In this document: positions 33,137 through 43,819 of the stretch, piece after piece
Layout of the letters: the number at the start of each line of letters is the position of its first letter
Numbering within the stretch: position 1 is the first letter of the stretch
Virus record (IMG/VR): IMGVR_UViG_3300046804_002762
Span: 1-64,000 of that record
Reading direction: 5' to 3' (one strand)
DNA from: a virus
Length of the DNA stretch: 64,000 bases
Program-made: the position numbers and the translations under genes
The notes under the pieces: generated by a model
What the model was told of the DNA's origin: nothing
What the model saw: the letters and a program-made list of their open reading frames with translations, nothing else
Database searches by the model: none

Positions 33137-33843
33137 TGGTTAAATTCATCAATGCTTGTTTAAATGGATTGATATACAGCACGGGAAATATCTGTGTTGT
33201 TGACTATCCAAATCCATCTGTGGTAAAATATTATGAATCTGGTAAGTCCTGTTATGTCAACGGGATTTTTTATACTAAATGTGAGGATAGATTAAATGGC
33301 TCTTTCGCAACAAACCCTGGAACATCTTCTGGAAGCAGAATCACACCTTCGTACTGCAATTAAATCCGCGGCTTCTAATGAAAAACCTTTGGTAGTTAAA
33401 CAACTCTCACAACTTCTTTTTGATATAGAGCAATGTAAGAAGTTTGAGGAATTGATGGATATGATTGATAATAGAAACCCTGGAAGTAGGGGATCTTTTG
33501 GTTCTTTATTTGATGACTAAGAAGTGTTAAGTAATTCCAAAGACATTCTTAAGAATTCTTTATTTTGATAGATAAGATGTTATGATAGCAACACAATATT
33601 CGCGAATTATGACCCTTCCATCAAAAAACAATAATAAACTCACCGATTCAGAATTTAATGAAATGGTTGCTCTTAAGAATGCAATCAACTATGATATTGC
33701 TCAAGTTGTTCCTGAAAAAATGGAAACATTTACGGAATATTTTGTAAGGAGTTTAAAAGAACGTGGCGGTTGAATAAGTGTCACAAGGGGGGATTTACAA
33801 GTCCCTTTTTTTACTCTATAGTCTTTTTAAGATAAACTCAAAA

Positions 33844-34251
33844 ATGAATTTCAAAACAGTTTTGCTTGCGTCAGTGTTTGTTGCACCAGTTCCTGTATTT
33901 GCACAACAAACAAACATTTATCAAGTCTGTACTAACTATCAAGAGAATTATTCACCTGGATATTATGATAGTTATGGAAATTATGTTCAGGGAAGAGTAA
34001 ATACTGAAAGTTATAATGTTCAATGTGGAACTGGTACATATTATCGTCCCAACGGAGGTAATGTTTATCAATCACCAGTAGTTGCTCCTGTGGCACAACC
34101 TAGAGGATATTGTTCTCCTGCAAGAACTACTCTTGGTGGACTTTTAGGAGGAGGAATTGCTGCTGCAGTTTCTAAAAAAAATGCTTGGAGTTGGGCAATT
34201 CCTCTGGGTGTAGTACTGGGAACTGGTGCAGCAAACGTAAATTGTTACTGA
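33844..34251 (+). CDS. Secreted/membrane protein with glycine-zipper-like C-terminus
   Basis: Signal-like N-terminus 'MNFKTVLLASVFVAPVPVFAQQ' and 'LGGLLGGGIAAA..PLGVVLGTG'. Confidence 0.55.
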   Translation: MNFKTVLLASVFVAPVPVFAQQTNIYQVCTNYQENYSPGYYDSYGNYVQGRVNTESYNVQCGTGTYYRPNGGNVYQSPVVAPVAQPRGYCSPARTTLGGLLGGGIAAAVSKKNAWSWAIPLGVVLGTGAANVNCY

Positions 34252-34359
34252 ATATGGAAGCGGTACAGAGACCTTGTGACAATTGAAGAAGTGGCACACA
34301 AATCTCCACAAGAGGCACAAAAGACCCTATAGTACATTTGTTGATTTGAGGAACCTACC

Positions 34360-34770
34360 ATCGCCACTCGCTCTCGCATCGGTCTTGAACTTAAGAACGG
34401 CAGTATTCTGTCTGTCTATCATCACTGGGATGGTTATCCTGAGTGGTTGGGTCGTATTCTTACTACTCACTACAATACTCGTGCTAAAGCAGCAGAACTG
34501 ATTGATGGTGGTGATATGAGTTCTGCTTGGACTAATGCTGGTTGGAATAACGAAACCCGCGCACAAGGTCCGCTGTATTATACCGAGCGTGGTGATGAGT
34601 TTATTGCCCCTCGCCTTGATGCTGATCTGTGTGAGTATCTGAATAACACTAGTGAAGTGTATGCTTATGTCTTCCGTAATGGTCAGTGGGTATGCTATAA
34701 TATGAATCTGTTTGATGATACTAAACTCCCTGAAATCGTTGAAATTCCCTCTGGTGCTCTTGCTGTCTGA
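34360..34770 (+). CDS. Conserved phage hypothetical protein, apparently starting at ATC
   Basis: GAGGA-7nt-ATC GCC ACT CGC reads (M)ATRSRIGLELKNGSILSVYHHWDGYPEWLG. An in-frame TGA at 34342 excludes an upstream start. Confidence 0.65.
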   Translation: MATRSRIGLELKNGSILSVYHHWDGYPEWLGRILTTHYNTRAKAAELIDGGDMSSAWTNAGWNNETRAQGPLYYTERGDEFIAPRLDADLCEYLNNTSEVYAYVFRNGQWVCYNMNLFDDTKLPEIVEIPSGALAV

Positions 34771-35421
34771 CCTATGAAAACTTCTACTGCTATTGGTGTT
34801 ATTGCTGGTGCTATTGTTATTGTAACTGTTAGCATCTTATTTGAAGCGTGGTTGCTTGGACTGATTCTATCTTGGTTTAATGTATTCTTGACCTTCGGGC
34901 AGAACCTTGCTATTGTGGTTCTTGCTAATATGATTTTCAAAAACTCTGGGAGTTCTTCTAAATGAATCGTAAGTACATCACCGTATTTGCATTAGGTTTC
35001 CTTGCTATGATTGGTTGGAATGTCTTTCTAGTACAACGCGATGAGCGAATGTATGATGCTTATTATCGCACAAAAGCGATAGAGAACCTCAAAACTCCTC
35101 CAAGTAATCAAATTAGGTGATTTACTTTCTTCTCATTTCTGCGGCATTTGGATGGTTCTTTTTTGTACTATTCTCTAAACATTTTGATTACCTAGACGAA
35201 CACAAACGCAAATGATTCCACAACGTATTCGAGAACTGATTATGAACGCAGAACGTGAAAAGATTGCCCGTGAGTTTTGGGAGGAAATTGAACAGGAAGC
35301 AGCAAAACTTGAAGTAACTGTGGACTATTATCTTGCTGAGTTTTACTGATGACTTTTATTCTTGGTATGCTTACTGGTATTCTTTTGACAGTCGGAACAT
35401 CCCTTATTGTTGCTTCCAACA

Positions 35422-35450
35422 TTGACAAAGAAGACAATCAATTCTAAACT
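35422..35450 (+). promoter_or_regulatory. Sigma70-like promoter
   Basis: TTGACA-17-TAAACT before ORF 35474. Confidence 0.65.
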
Positions 35451-35473
35451 TAAGAGGTAAATTACACAAAAAA

Positions 35474-36678
35474 ATGGCACAAAAGTTTCTCTATATCTTG
35501 GACTATTTCGTTCCACAGTTTCAATCGGAATATGGTGGATTGCTTAACGTAATCGCAGAAAATGATGAAGAATGTTTTGATGTTGTTGTTGAATGGGATA
35601 ATGAAACCTGGACAGAATACTACAGCAAACTACGAGAAAACATTGTAAAAGCACAACGCTTTCCTCTTCTTGAAAACGAAGAATCTTGTGTAGTTGAATC
35701 CTTTACGACCTGATGATTGACACATCTTTGAATCGTCTTGAGTTTAATCTGAAGCAACAGTATCAAGAACGCATTACATTTTTACAACAAAAGATCACAG
35801 AACAACAGCACGAAATACTGAGACTTCAGGAGCAAATCAAATATATGTCAAAAGATAAGTTCTATGACTGTTGAACTTCCATCTTCTTTCTTTCATTCTC
35901 CCCCAAAAGGATATTATTATGAAGCAACTGAGTTCAAACGAAATGTTATCAGTATTTGGTTATGTAATACTCGCAAGTTTGACTATAATAATGGTGCTGA
36001 AACCAGAACTATACACTCCTTCTACAACACCAAAACCAGAGAATATTTTGCCCCGATCAATAGTAGAACCATCGGTGCTTGTGTAAATATCAAGAACACG
36101 CGGAACTATACCGCGATGCCGATAAACCAATCAATTCTGGAGTCTTGTTTCGTATGATCATCGAAGAGGGAACCGAAGTCATTTACAAAAGCATTTCTGG
36201 AGTGATTGCATTTGCCTCTGATCAATATGTCTCAATTCTTTTCAGAAAAGGAAAACACAAATCTCAAGATGTGAAGATCGTAGTTTATCAAGAAGATTTT
36301 AAGAATGTTGTGCTAGCAGATGGAAAATGAAGAAGAGTAATAACTGGTGGCGATGGTGGGCAAAATCCATCGGAGAGAAAGCATCCAAATGTGATAAAGA
36401 AAGCGACACGGTTGCGGTTATTCGCACCGTGATTTTTGCTACTTATTTGATTACAAACTGCTTTATAGTGGCAGGCGTAATTAGGCACTGGAATGATAAA
36501 CCTCAAATTGAAATCTTTATTGAAAATCCTTATGAAGTACCTGGTACAGTATCTCCAACCCAAAAAGAAGGGTTACTCCAAGCAAACCGCAACTTTGCTT
36601 ACGATTGATGATGCAGAATTCTGGTGTAAAGTGATAGAAAAGAAAGGTGCAAAGGATATAAAGATATTGGTTCAATAA
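35474..36678 (+). other. Small hypothetical ORFs (35474, 35864, ~36154, 36327, ~36532)
   Basis: Packed + strand ORFs with no assignable function. Confidence 0.55.
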
Positions 36679-36896
36679 ATAACTAAAAAGTATTAAAATG
36701 AAACCAACACCCAGACAACTTCAAGAAACTTATAAAATTCACGATCAACTCGTAGAGCATCTTATCTCTGAAGGATATGCTGATGATGAAAAATCTGCAG
36801 ATAACATTATCAACGGAATGAGCGAAACTTGGTTTAATTTGATTATTAACGATAATAATTCTTGATTATTTCAAATATATCAAAACAAGAAGAAAG

Positions 36897-37487
36897 ATGC
36901 TAACATTCAAAGAGTTTTATAGTATTTGTGAAGGGAAAAAAACAAAAGATCTTCCATATGTAGTTCCTGGTACTTATCAAGAAAAAGATGGTGTAAAGAT
37001 ATACACTCTCAAGAGAGATGATGGACAAAAGAGAGAACCAATCAAGTCTGCAAAGAAAATATCCAAAATGCTTGATAAGCAAGGTGGAATTGGTGGTAAA
37101 GCAATAAAAAAAGCAATAAAAAAAGCAGGAAAGAAAGTTAAATCAGTCTCTGAAGATCTGGAAGCAAGAAGACAGCAACTTGCAAAAAGACAAAGAGATA
37201 ATGTTTCTGCATTTAGGGAAAGATCCATTGCATCAGTAAATGCACAGAGAGAAAGAGTTGCAAATCAAAAAGAACGCGAAGAGTTAAAGAGGGAAATTAA
37301 GAAAGAACTGCAGACAGAGCAGCATCCCACAATGCAACCCAATGAATATAACAAACAGGTAGCAAGACAATCTGCACGTTGGAAAGGTATGCAAATCCGT
37401 CAGGCACATGGTGAAATGGAGCACGAAGCAGGAGCACAACTAGCAGCAAAGAAAGCAAGAATGAAAGCAATTATGTCAAGAAAATAG
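36897..37487 (+). CDS. Basic late protein, putative internal head protein
   Basis: N-terminus 'MLTFKEFYSICE' resembles the T4 capsid-targeting sequence. It lies downstream of TAAATA 36676 and is K/R-rich. Confidence 0.5.
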   Translation: MLTFKEFYSICEGKKTKDLPYVVPGTYQEKDGVKIYTLKRDDGQKREPIKSAKKISKMLDKQGGIGGKAIKKAIKKAGKKVKSVSEDLEARRQQLAKRQRDNVSAFRERSIASVNAQRERVANQKEREELKREIKKELQTEQHPTMQPNEYNKQVARQSARWKGMQIRQAHGEMEHEAGAQLAAKKARMKAIMSRK

Positions 37488-37491
37488 TACA

Positions 37492-37593
37492 TAAATAATG
37501 ATGCCTTAATTGACTCGCATCTTTAAGGTTGGAGAGGAGAAATCCTCTCCTTTTAATATAAATAATACTGCGAGTCAATTTAAGAGCAGAACT
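37492..37593 (+). promoter_or_regulatory. Endonuclease leader module (near-identical to 47195..47294)
   Basis: TAAATA, arms aattgactcgca / tgcgagtcaatt, hairpin ggagagga-GAAA-tcctctcc followed by TTTT, then TATAAATA. Confidence 0.75.
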
Positions 37594-37679
37594 ATGGAAA
37601 TCCAAAAGAGTATTACTATACCTATTATTCTTATGAAGAATGGGGTAGAGGATATATTGGCAGTATGGGAAAGAATTGA
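37594..37679 (+). pseudogene. Frameshifted, truncated GIY-YIG endonuclease
   Basis: ATG 37594 is out of frame with 'KEYYYTYYSYEEWGRGYIGSMGKN*' (the GIY-YIG N-terminal motif). It ends 3 nt before the first 35-bp repeat. Confidence 0.7.
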
Positions 37680-38335
37680 TAAAAACTTTGGGGCCTTGAA
37701 AGTGTTCTAATAATGTAAGCACTCAAACTCAAATGGAAGACTTTGATGACCTTTTAGTAGAAGAGTTTTCTTCTTTTGACTTTCTTGAAGAGATGAATGA
37801 AGGTCTCTTTGAAGAGCAAGATAATTTGAAATCCTTCAACAACTATTTGAACTCCAATTACGATTGCTGATTATGACTCCTGACACTTACACTTTTTCTG
37901 GCGATGCTGTTACCTTCCTTGGTTTGGTTGGTGTTGCTTCAACGCTTCTTATTGTTGTTACTTCTTTCCGCAGGTTTTTCAACAGTCCTTACAATGTTCG
38001 TGTGACACCTAAAGTTACTCAAGAGACCACCACTGAAATTACTGAATCCTGAACTAATGACTCAAACTGTAAACGTCCTGCCTCATCTTGAAGAACTGAA
38101 AAATGCTTGGCGTAAGCAAGATTTTAAGTTCAGTTCAACACAAAATGAAGAGTATCAAATGCTTCTTCAAGCACGACGAGAAAGGGTTAGGTGGTTCTAC
38201 GAAACTGGTCAAGTATGTAAAGTCAGTAAATCTGCACAAGATAAACTGAAGGAAGACAACTAAACAATGGTGCTGCAGTTGAGAAACTGAACACTGACTC
38301 TTGACTAAATACCTAAAAAGACTTATTCTGTAGAG

Positions 38336-38938
38336 ATGAAAACATTTTCTCAATTTTGTGCAGAAGCATATGATGCTTCCTTTATGTCTGGAGCACAAAT
38401 TCGCAGAACAGGCGAAGGTGGGCGTATTGGATCTTTGAGAAAAAAGACTGCCCCCGAAAAGCGTAGAATGGCACAGGCAAAACCAGGAGAAGAAAGAAAA
38501 CCAACAGAATATAAACCAAGAAAGGATATTGGTACTCAAAGACAAGCATCTACAAGAGTTCAACAACCAACACAAGAACGTGGATCTGCTGATGTAAAAG
38601 CAAAAGCAGCAGCGGCAGCAAAAGAAGAAAGAAAGAAAGCAGCACTTGCTAGAATTGCTGCAAAGAAAGGTGGAGCAGCACCAGCAGCAGAAAAACCAAA
38701 AGCAAAAGAAGCAGAAAAGACAGCAACTAAACTACTTGCAAAGAAGAAAACTGAAGTAGATTTAAGACCTGCTGATCAACCAAAACGTCCTGTTGTTGGT
38801 ATGTCAAGAGAGAAAAGAAAGGACATTACAAGAAGAGGTCATAGAAAACTTGAAACTCTTGTAAGACAATCTGAGGCAGAAAAGCAAGGTAAGAAACCAG
38901 AGCAAGTTCAACTTAAGCACGACTATAGACCTAAGTAA
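38336..38938 (+). CDS. Lys/Ala-rich late protein, putative internal head protein
   Basis: TAAATA at 38306. N-terminus 'MKTFSQFCAEA' resembles T4 IPIII 'MKTYQEFIAE'. Confidence 0.55.
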   Translation: MKTFSQFCAEAYDASFMSGAQIRRTGEGGRIGSLRKKTAPEKRRMAQAKPGEERKPTEYKPRKDIGTQRQASTRVQQPTQERGSADVKAKAAAAAKEERKKAALARIAAKKGGAAPAAEKPKAKEAEKTATKLLAKKKTEVDLRPADQPKRPVVGMSREKRKDITRRGHRKLETLVRQSEAEKQGKKPEQVQLKHDYRPK

Positions 38939-39503
38939 TCTAACTCTGGGGCCTTGAAAGTGTCCCTGTAGTATAAGCACTTCCTTCATAATGGACCGAA
39001 TCGAAATCCAACGCGCACTCTATGATGCTCGCAATGAGTATGCGAAGGCAAAGAAATCTGTAGAGTTTTGGACTCGTGAGATTTCTTTCTTGAAAGAGTG
39101 TGAAGACAACCTCAATAAAGGTCGCACTGGTGATTGGTTGTTTAATGAAATGTTTGGCGATACTCCACTCGCTGAAGAAGTTTATGGGGGTTGATTAAAC
39201 CTCATCAGCACGCTCAGATTAACCTCTAAGCGTGCTATTTTTGTCTTTAGATACCAAACCACTGAGAACAATGAATTACATTCAGATCCCTGATTATGTC
39301 TATGAGCGTATGCTCAAGACTCTTCAAAATGGCGTCGATGTGTGCTATAATGTAGATCATTCCTCGGATATTACTGAACAGTCTCCGAGTTATGCAAATG
39401 GTTACAGTCGCGCTACAATGCAGAGTGTGATCTCTGATTTGAAATACTGCAAAGAGCAACAGAACTAAACTCTGGGGCCTTCAAAGTGTCCTTATATTAG
39501 ATA

Positions 39504-40745
39504 ATGATTCCAATGCAAATCCAACTTCGCCCTCATCAAGAACGCGGTGTTGCTGCTATGCAAAAGCACCCTAAAGGTCAACTGATCGTTCCAACGGGAG
39601 GAGGAAAAACTCTCAAGATGATCTATGATGCTCTGCGCGAGTTGCAGTCTGAAACTCCCCAGACCATTGTTGTTGTTGCTCCTCGCATTTTGCTTGCTGA
39701 GCAACTTTCTGCTGAGTTCCTTGAGTTTATCACCAACGCCAAGGTTTTTCACGTTCACAGTGGCGAAACTCATCACGAGTCTTCCACTCGCCCTCGTGAG
39801 ATTCGTAACTGGGTTGATGCTAATGCTGGCAATCATCGCCTGATTGTAACCACCTACAATTCTCTGTCGCGTCTCCAAGTAGCAGAGATTGATGTGGATA
39901 CGATCTACTTTGATGAGGCACATAACAGCGTTCAGCGTCATTTTTTCCCTGCAACTGAGCACTTTGCTGCTAATGCACGTCGCTGCTACTTTCTGACGGC
40001 AACCCCAAAACATTCTCTTGCTGTCGGCAAACCAGGGATGAATGATGCTGCTGTTTATGGTCAGGTGATCTGCAAAGTTCCTGCTCCTGAGTTGGTTGAA
40101 GGTGGATACATTGTTCCCCCTAAAGTGATCGTCAAGCAACTGCCTATGGTAACTGGTAAGCAGACCAACTTCGACCGTGATTCGGAGAATCTGCTAGAAA
40201 CCATTGATGACAATCAAGTCGGCAAGATTTTGATCTGCGCTAAGGCAACCAAGCAGATTGTTTCTCTGGTTTCTGAGACTGACTTCTGTTCTGAGTTGGA
40301 GTCTCGCGGTTATTCTTGGATGTATATCACGGCAAAGACGGGTGCTGTCATCGACGGTAAGAAAGTGAACCGTGAGGTATTCTTCGACACGCTATCTGCC
40401 TGGGGTAAGGATAACGATAAGAAGTTCGTTGTTCTCCACCACTCCATCCTGGCAGAAGGTATCAACGTGTCGGGTTTGGAAGCAGTTCTCTTCCTGCGTA
40501 ATATGGACTTTATTGGTATCTCCCAAACTATCGGACGCTGTATCAGGTTGCATCACGATGATGCCAAAGGTCTGCGCGATGGACGTATCGAACCTGGCAA
40601 CCTTGCTCAGTATAGCAAATCGTTCGGTCTTGTTTGTATTCCCATTTACTCAAAAGTAGGAATCGCTACTGCCCGCGCAGTTCAGTCTGTCGTTGATACG
40701 ATCTTTGAGAAGGGCGAACCTGCCATCAGCACTGTGAGGCGGTGA
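39504..40745 (+). CDS. Superfamily 2 DEAH helicase (ResIII-like)
   Basis: Q motif 'LRPHQ', Walker A 'PTGGGKT', 'DEAH', 'TATP' and 'QTIGRCIR'. Confidence 0.9.
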   Translation: MIPMQIQLRPHQERGVAAMQKHPKGQLIVPTGGGKTLKMIYDALRELQSETPQTIVVVAPRILLAEQLSAEFLEFITNAKVFHVHSGETHHESSTRPREIRNWVDANAGNHRLIVTTYNSLSRLQVAEIDVDTIYFDEAHNSVQRHFFPATEHFAANARRCYFLTATPKHSLAVGKPGMNDAAVYGQVICKVPAPELVEGGYIVPPKVIVKQLPMVTGKQTNFDRDSENLLETIDDNQVGKILICAKATKQIVSLVSETDFCSELESRGYSWMYITAKTGAVIDGKKVNREVFFDTLSAWGKDNDKKFVVLHHSILAEGINVSGLEAVLFLRNMDFIGISQTIGRCIRLHHDDAKGLRDGRIEPGNLAQYSKSFGLVCIPIYSKVGIATARAVQSVVDTIFEKGEPAISTVRR

Positions 40746-40862
40746 GTCTCACAGTAGACTCAAGGCCCTGACTGGACTGAAAACCTGATTTTTCTGCAAT
40801 TCTACCTGAAGGGTGTCATAGGTCATCCTCCGCAACCAAATCAACGATTTTTTGGAAAGTGT
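40741..40862 (-). repeat. ~121-bp element, inverted homolog of 50201..50321
   Basis: The reverse complement aligns almost without gaps to 50201..50321: acactttc..tcg..attt..tgcgg(a/g)ggatgaccta..aat.gca..ggtttt..gagac.cacc. Confidence 0.75.
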
Positions 40863-40872
40863 AGAATAGGGC

Positions 40873-40901
40873 TTGAAATCCCTACCCAAAGTTGTTAAAC
40901 T
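40873..40901 (+). promoter_or_regulatory. Sigma70-like promoter
   Basis: TTGAAA-17-TAAACT upstream of ATG 40933. Confidence 0.6.
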
Positions 40902-40932
40902 ATCTCCTGTAGTTGCTTTTAGCACAAACACA

Positions 40933-41919
40933 ATGACTATTATTTCTATTCCCCTGAAAGGCGTTTCGCCTCAACTTCGCGCTGAAATTGAATCTAAACT
41001 TCCCGAACCTCTTAAAGTTCCTGGTTGGAAGTTTAATGGTTATCAATGGCGTTTGCTGTCACAGATTAACACCAAAGATTCTGAAGGAAACACTGACAAT
41101 AGTGTTAGAATCTCTGGAACTGGTGACAATGAGACCTTGCAGATTTCTCTCCGTAAGGGTATTGATGTAAATAAACTTACCCCATCAATTTATCCCAACG
41201 ATAACTTGATGAATGGATTCAATAGGATTAAAAATCTTCTTGAAATTGGATACAAAGAGTGGATCTTTGCAGAATATGTTGAAGATGAATCTACTCGCAG
41301 TGAGTTTCAAGAATCTTTTGAAGAATGTTTGGATGACTTTCGCGCCGCTGCAAATGCGGGAGATGGTCAGAAAGTAATCAGCGACAAAGAAGTAGAAGAA
41401 CTTGCCAGAAAGAGATTTGGGCATCGTAAGGATCAGAGTAAGCAATCTATTGCTAAATGGATTCGCACTCTTGATCTTAATTGGAGTGGTCAAAAGATTG
41501 ATGGTGTAGCTAACAAAGTCTCTAAAGATTTTACGCGCAAAGGTGTAATTGAATCATACAATCGTGATGAAGCACAACAGTTTCTAAACGATAATGGTAT
41601 TGGTGCTGATCTTCTTAACACTAAAGATTCTACTCGTGTTGCACGTCTTTATCCTCAAATTATGAGGAACTTTGTTAAAAATGGTGTAACTATGGATCTT
41701 GCATTGTTTGATAGTGACGCTTGCTCTCACGAAGAACTTGATAATCGCCAAAAAGAAACCCTTGATGAACTTAAAGAGTATGATGAGTTGGTTATGCAAT
41801 ATGCCGCAAAGCGTATGCTTATGATTGGTATTCATCCTTGGAACATTATTGGTTCAATCTCTCAAAAGATTGGTGTTGAAGAACAGAAACTGGAAAATGG
41901 TTTGGTTCCTGTAGAATGA
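40933..41919 (+). CDS. Hypothetical protein with possible ParB/Srx-like N-terminal domain
   Basis: 'PSIY..LMNGFNRIKNL' resembles the ParB GxxR motif. The assignment is weak. Confidence 0.4.
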   Translation: MTIISIPLKGVSPQLRAEIESKLPEPLKVPGWKFNGYQWRLLSQINTKDSEGNTDNSVRISGTGDNETLQISLRKGIDVNKLTPSIYPNDNLMNGFNRIKNLLEIGYKEWIFAEYVEDESTRSEFQESFEECLDDFRAAANAGDGQKVISDKEVEELARKRFGHRKDQSKQSIAKWIRTLDLNWSGQKIDGVANKVSKDFTRKGVIESYNRDEAQQFLNDNGIGADLLNTKDSTRVARLYPQIMRNFVKNGVTMDLALFDSDACSHEELDNRQKETLDELKEYDELVMQYAAKRMLMIGIHPWNIIGSISQKIGVEEQKLENGLVPVE

Positions 41920-42145
41920 AAGAAGGATTTACAATGTTCAAAGACACCTATGCTGCTGTTCCTTACGGGAATCAGTATCTTATCATTCACAATGGTCAGC
42001 AACTTGAGAAACTGTGTAGGACTGAAAGTTCTGCACGGAAATATATCACTGACCATAGGAAAAGTGTGTCATTAGGCAAACTTCCAATGTGATTCTAACT
42101 TTGGGGCCTTGAAAGTGTTCCTATAGTGTAGTCACCTATTCCCAA

Positions 42146-42688
42146 ATGACTTTTTACTGGACGTTCGTTGACACTCTTGTTAAGAACGTCGCTACCATCA
42201 GTGCCATTGTTGTTGGAGTCAGTCAGTTTCTGATTCGTTCATTTAATGAGAACAATGGTCGTGAAAAAGTTCGTGCTGCAACGCTTCAATTCCTGAAGTT
42301 TGTTGATACGCTGATTGAATTTGGTAAAGCACAACTTTCTCCTGCTGAAGTAGTAGAGCAACCTCAAGTTGTACCTGCTACTGTTACCAAAACCCGCAAG
42401 CGTCGTTCCGCTTGATAAACTGTCACAAGAGCACTTGCAATTCAGCAGGTGCTCCTTTATTGTACATTTGTTCTTGAAACTCCAATGATTTTCCTTACTG
42501 TTCCCGACCACGGTTGTGTTTATACTCTCTCGCAAGAAGATGGGGATGAGTTGTATTATGCTCCCATCTATGCAAATGGTAATGTAAATCTTGAGGAGTT
42601 TGCTCCTGTAGATTTAGATTCTGCAGATATGGATGAGATGGAACTCTTTGATATTCGCAATCGTCTTGCCAAACTGATGGAGGTTTAA
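42146..42688 (+). other. Two small hypothetical ORFs (42146..42415, ~42485..42688) with an internal AACTGTCACA promoter
   Basis: ORF track, plus AACTGTCACA 42418 and TTGCAA-17-TATTGT. Confidence 0.55.
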
Positions 42689-42738
42689 TGTAACTCTGGG
42701 GCCTTGAAACTGTACCTATAGCATAACCATTAGACAAA

Positions 42739-43236
42739 ATGACTCCCGAACAGAGATTCCAACAACTATTTGAGGAAATGTATCAACTTTGTGAAGAGCA
42801 AGGTTGGGGAGATCCTTTCAGTTATGCTCGCTCCCGTGAGATTCATCTTGCTGGTATTCTTGGGCATAAAGTAGCAGAAACCTATTCTGGTGCTGATGCT
42901 GTGGATGAAGATGGTGAATGTGAGTATAAATCTACCATTGCCAATTCTATCAATGGGACGTATAATGGTATCAGTGTTCAAGATACCTGGGAAGAGCAAG
43001 AGCGTTATTTAATTGAGGAGAAACTTGGTAAGTATTCCAATCACTATATTGCTCGCTATGAGGGTGGCAAAGTTGTAGAAGTTTGGAAACTGACTGGTGA
43101 TAATGTGCTGATGGTTCTGCTTCCTAAACTAAAGAAAGATTGGGAGCGTAAGATTCACGGTAAGCACAAAGATCCCCGTCTCTCTGGTAATCTAACTAAG
43201 AAAGAAATCCAACAGTTTGGGACTCGCATTGTATGA
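42739..43236 (+). CDS. Putative PD-(D/E)xK restriction-like endonuclease
   Basis: 'E..GADAVDEDGECEYKS' fits D-Xn-E-x-K. It overlaps the downstream MTase (ATGA). Confidence 0.5.
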   Translation: MTPEQRFQQLFEEMYQLCEEQGWGDPFSYARSREIHLAGILGHKVAETYSGADAVDEDGECEYKSTIANSINGTYNGISVQDTWEEQERYLIEEKLGKYSNHYIARYEGGKVVEVWKLTGDNVLMVLLPKLKKDWERKIHGKHKDPRLSGNLTKKEIQQFGTRIV

Positions 43237-43784
43237 CGATTGATAGTGGAAAACTAATGTATTCGGAGGGTAACAATGACGAATGTTACACTCCGTTTTA
43301 TGCTGTAACTCCCATTCTGAAGTATATTCCCAAAGATGCAAAAGTCTGGTGTCCTTTTGACACTGCTGAGAGCGAGTTTGTTAAGCAAATCTCCCAAACT
43401 CATAGTGTAGAATACTCTCACATAAGTGAAGGAAAAGATTTCTTTACCTATGAACCTTTTCACTGGGATGTGATTGTATCCAATCCACCATTCACAAACA
43501 AACGTAAGTTCTTTGAGCGAGCATTATCATTTGACAAACCATTTGCTCTGATTATGACTAACACTTGGTTGAATGATAGTGCTCCGAAGCAGTTGTTTAA
43601 GGACAAGGATTTGCAACTGTTGATGTTTGACAAGCGTATGAAGTTTAACAGTCCTGATGGTCGTCCAAACGACAAGATTACGTTCAGTTCTAGTTACTAC
43701 TGCTGGAACTTTCTTCCCAAGCAAATCATTATGGAAGAACTTAACATACCAAAGAGCACATCAGAAGCAAAACTTCCTCTATAA
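43233..43784 (+). CDS. Small amino (N6-adenine) DNA methyltransferase
   Basis: 'DECYTP..VWCPFD..GKDFF..DVIVSNPPF', with NPPF as motif IV. Confidence 0.8.
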   Translation: MTIDSGKLMYSEGNNDECYTPFYAVTPILKYIPKDAKVWCPFDTAESEFVKQISQTHSVEYSHISEGKDFFTYEPFHWDVIVSNPPFTNKRKFFERALSFDKPFALIMTNTWLNDSAPKQLFKDKDLQLLMFDKRMKFNSPDGRPNDKITFSSSYYCWNFLPKQIIMEELNIPKSTSEAKLPL

Positions 43785-43819
43785 CACTAACTCTGGGGCC
43801 TTGAAACTGTACCTATAGT

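Noticed and set aside
37510-37710. ORF-track ORFs 37510(+), 37471(-) and 46820(-) sharing peptide sequence
   Set aside because: The similarity comes from translating the duplicated non-coding leader module, so these are not real paralogous proteins.
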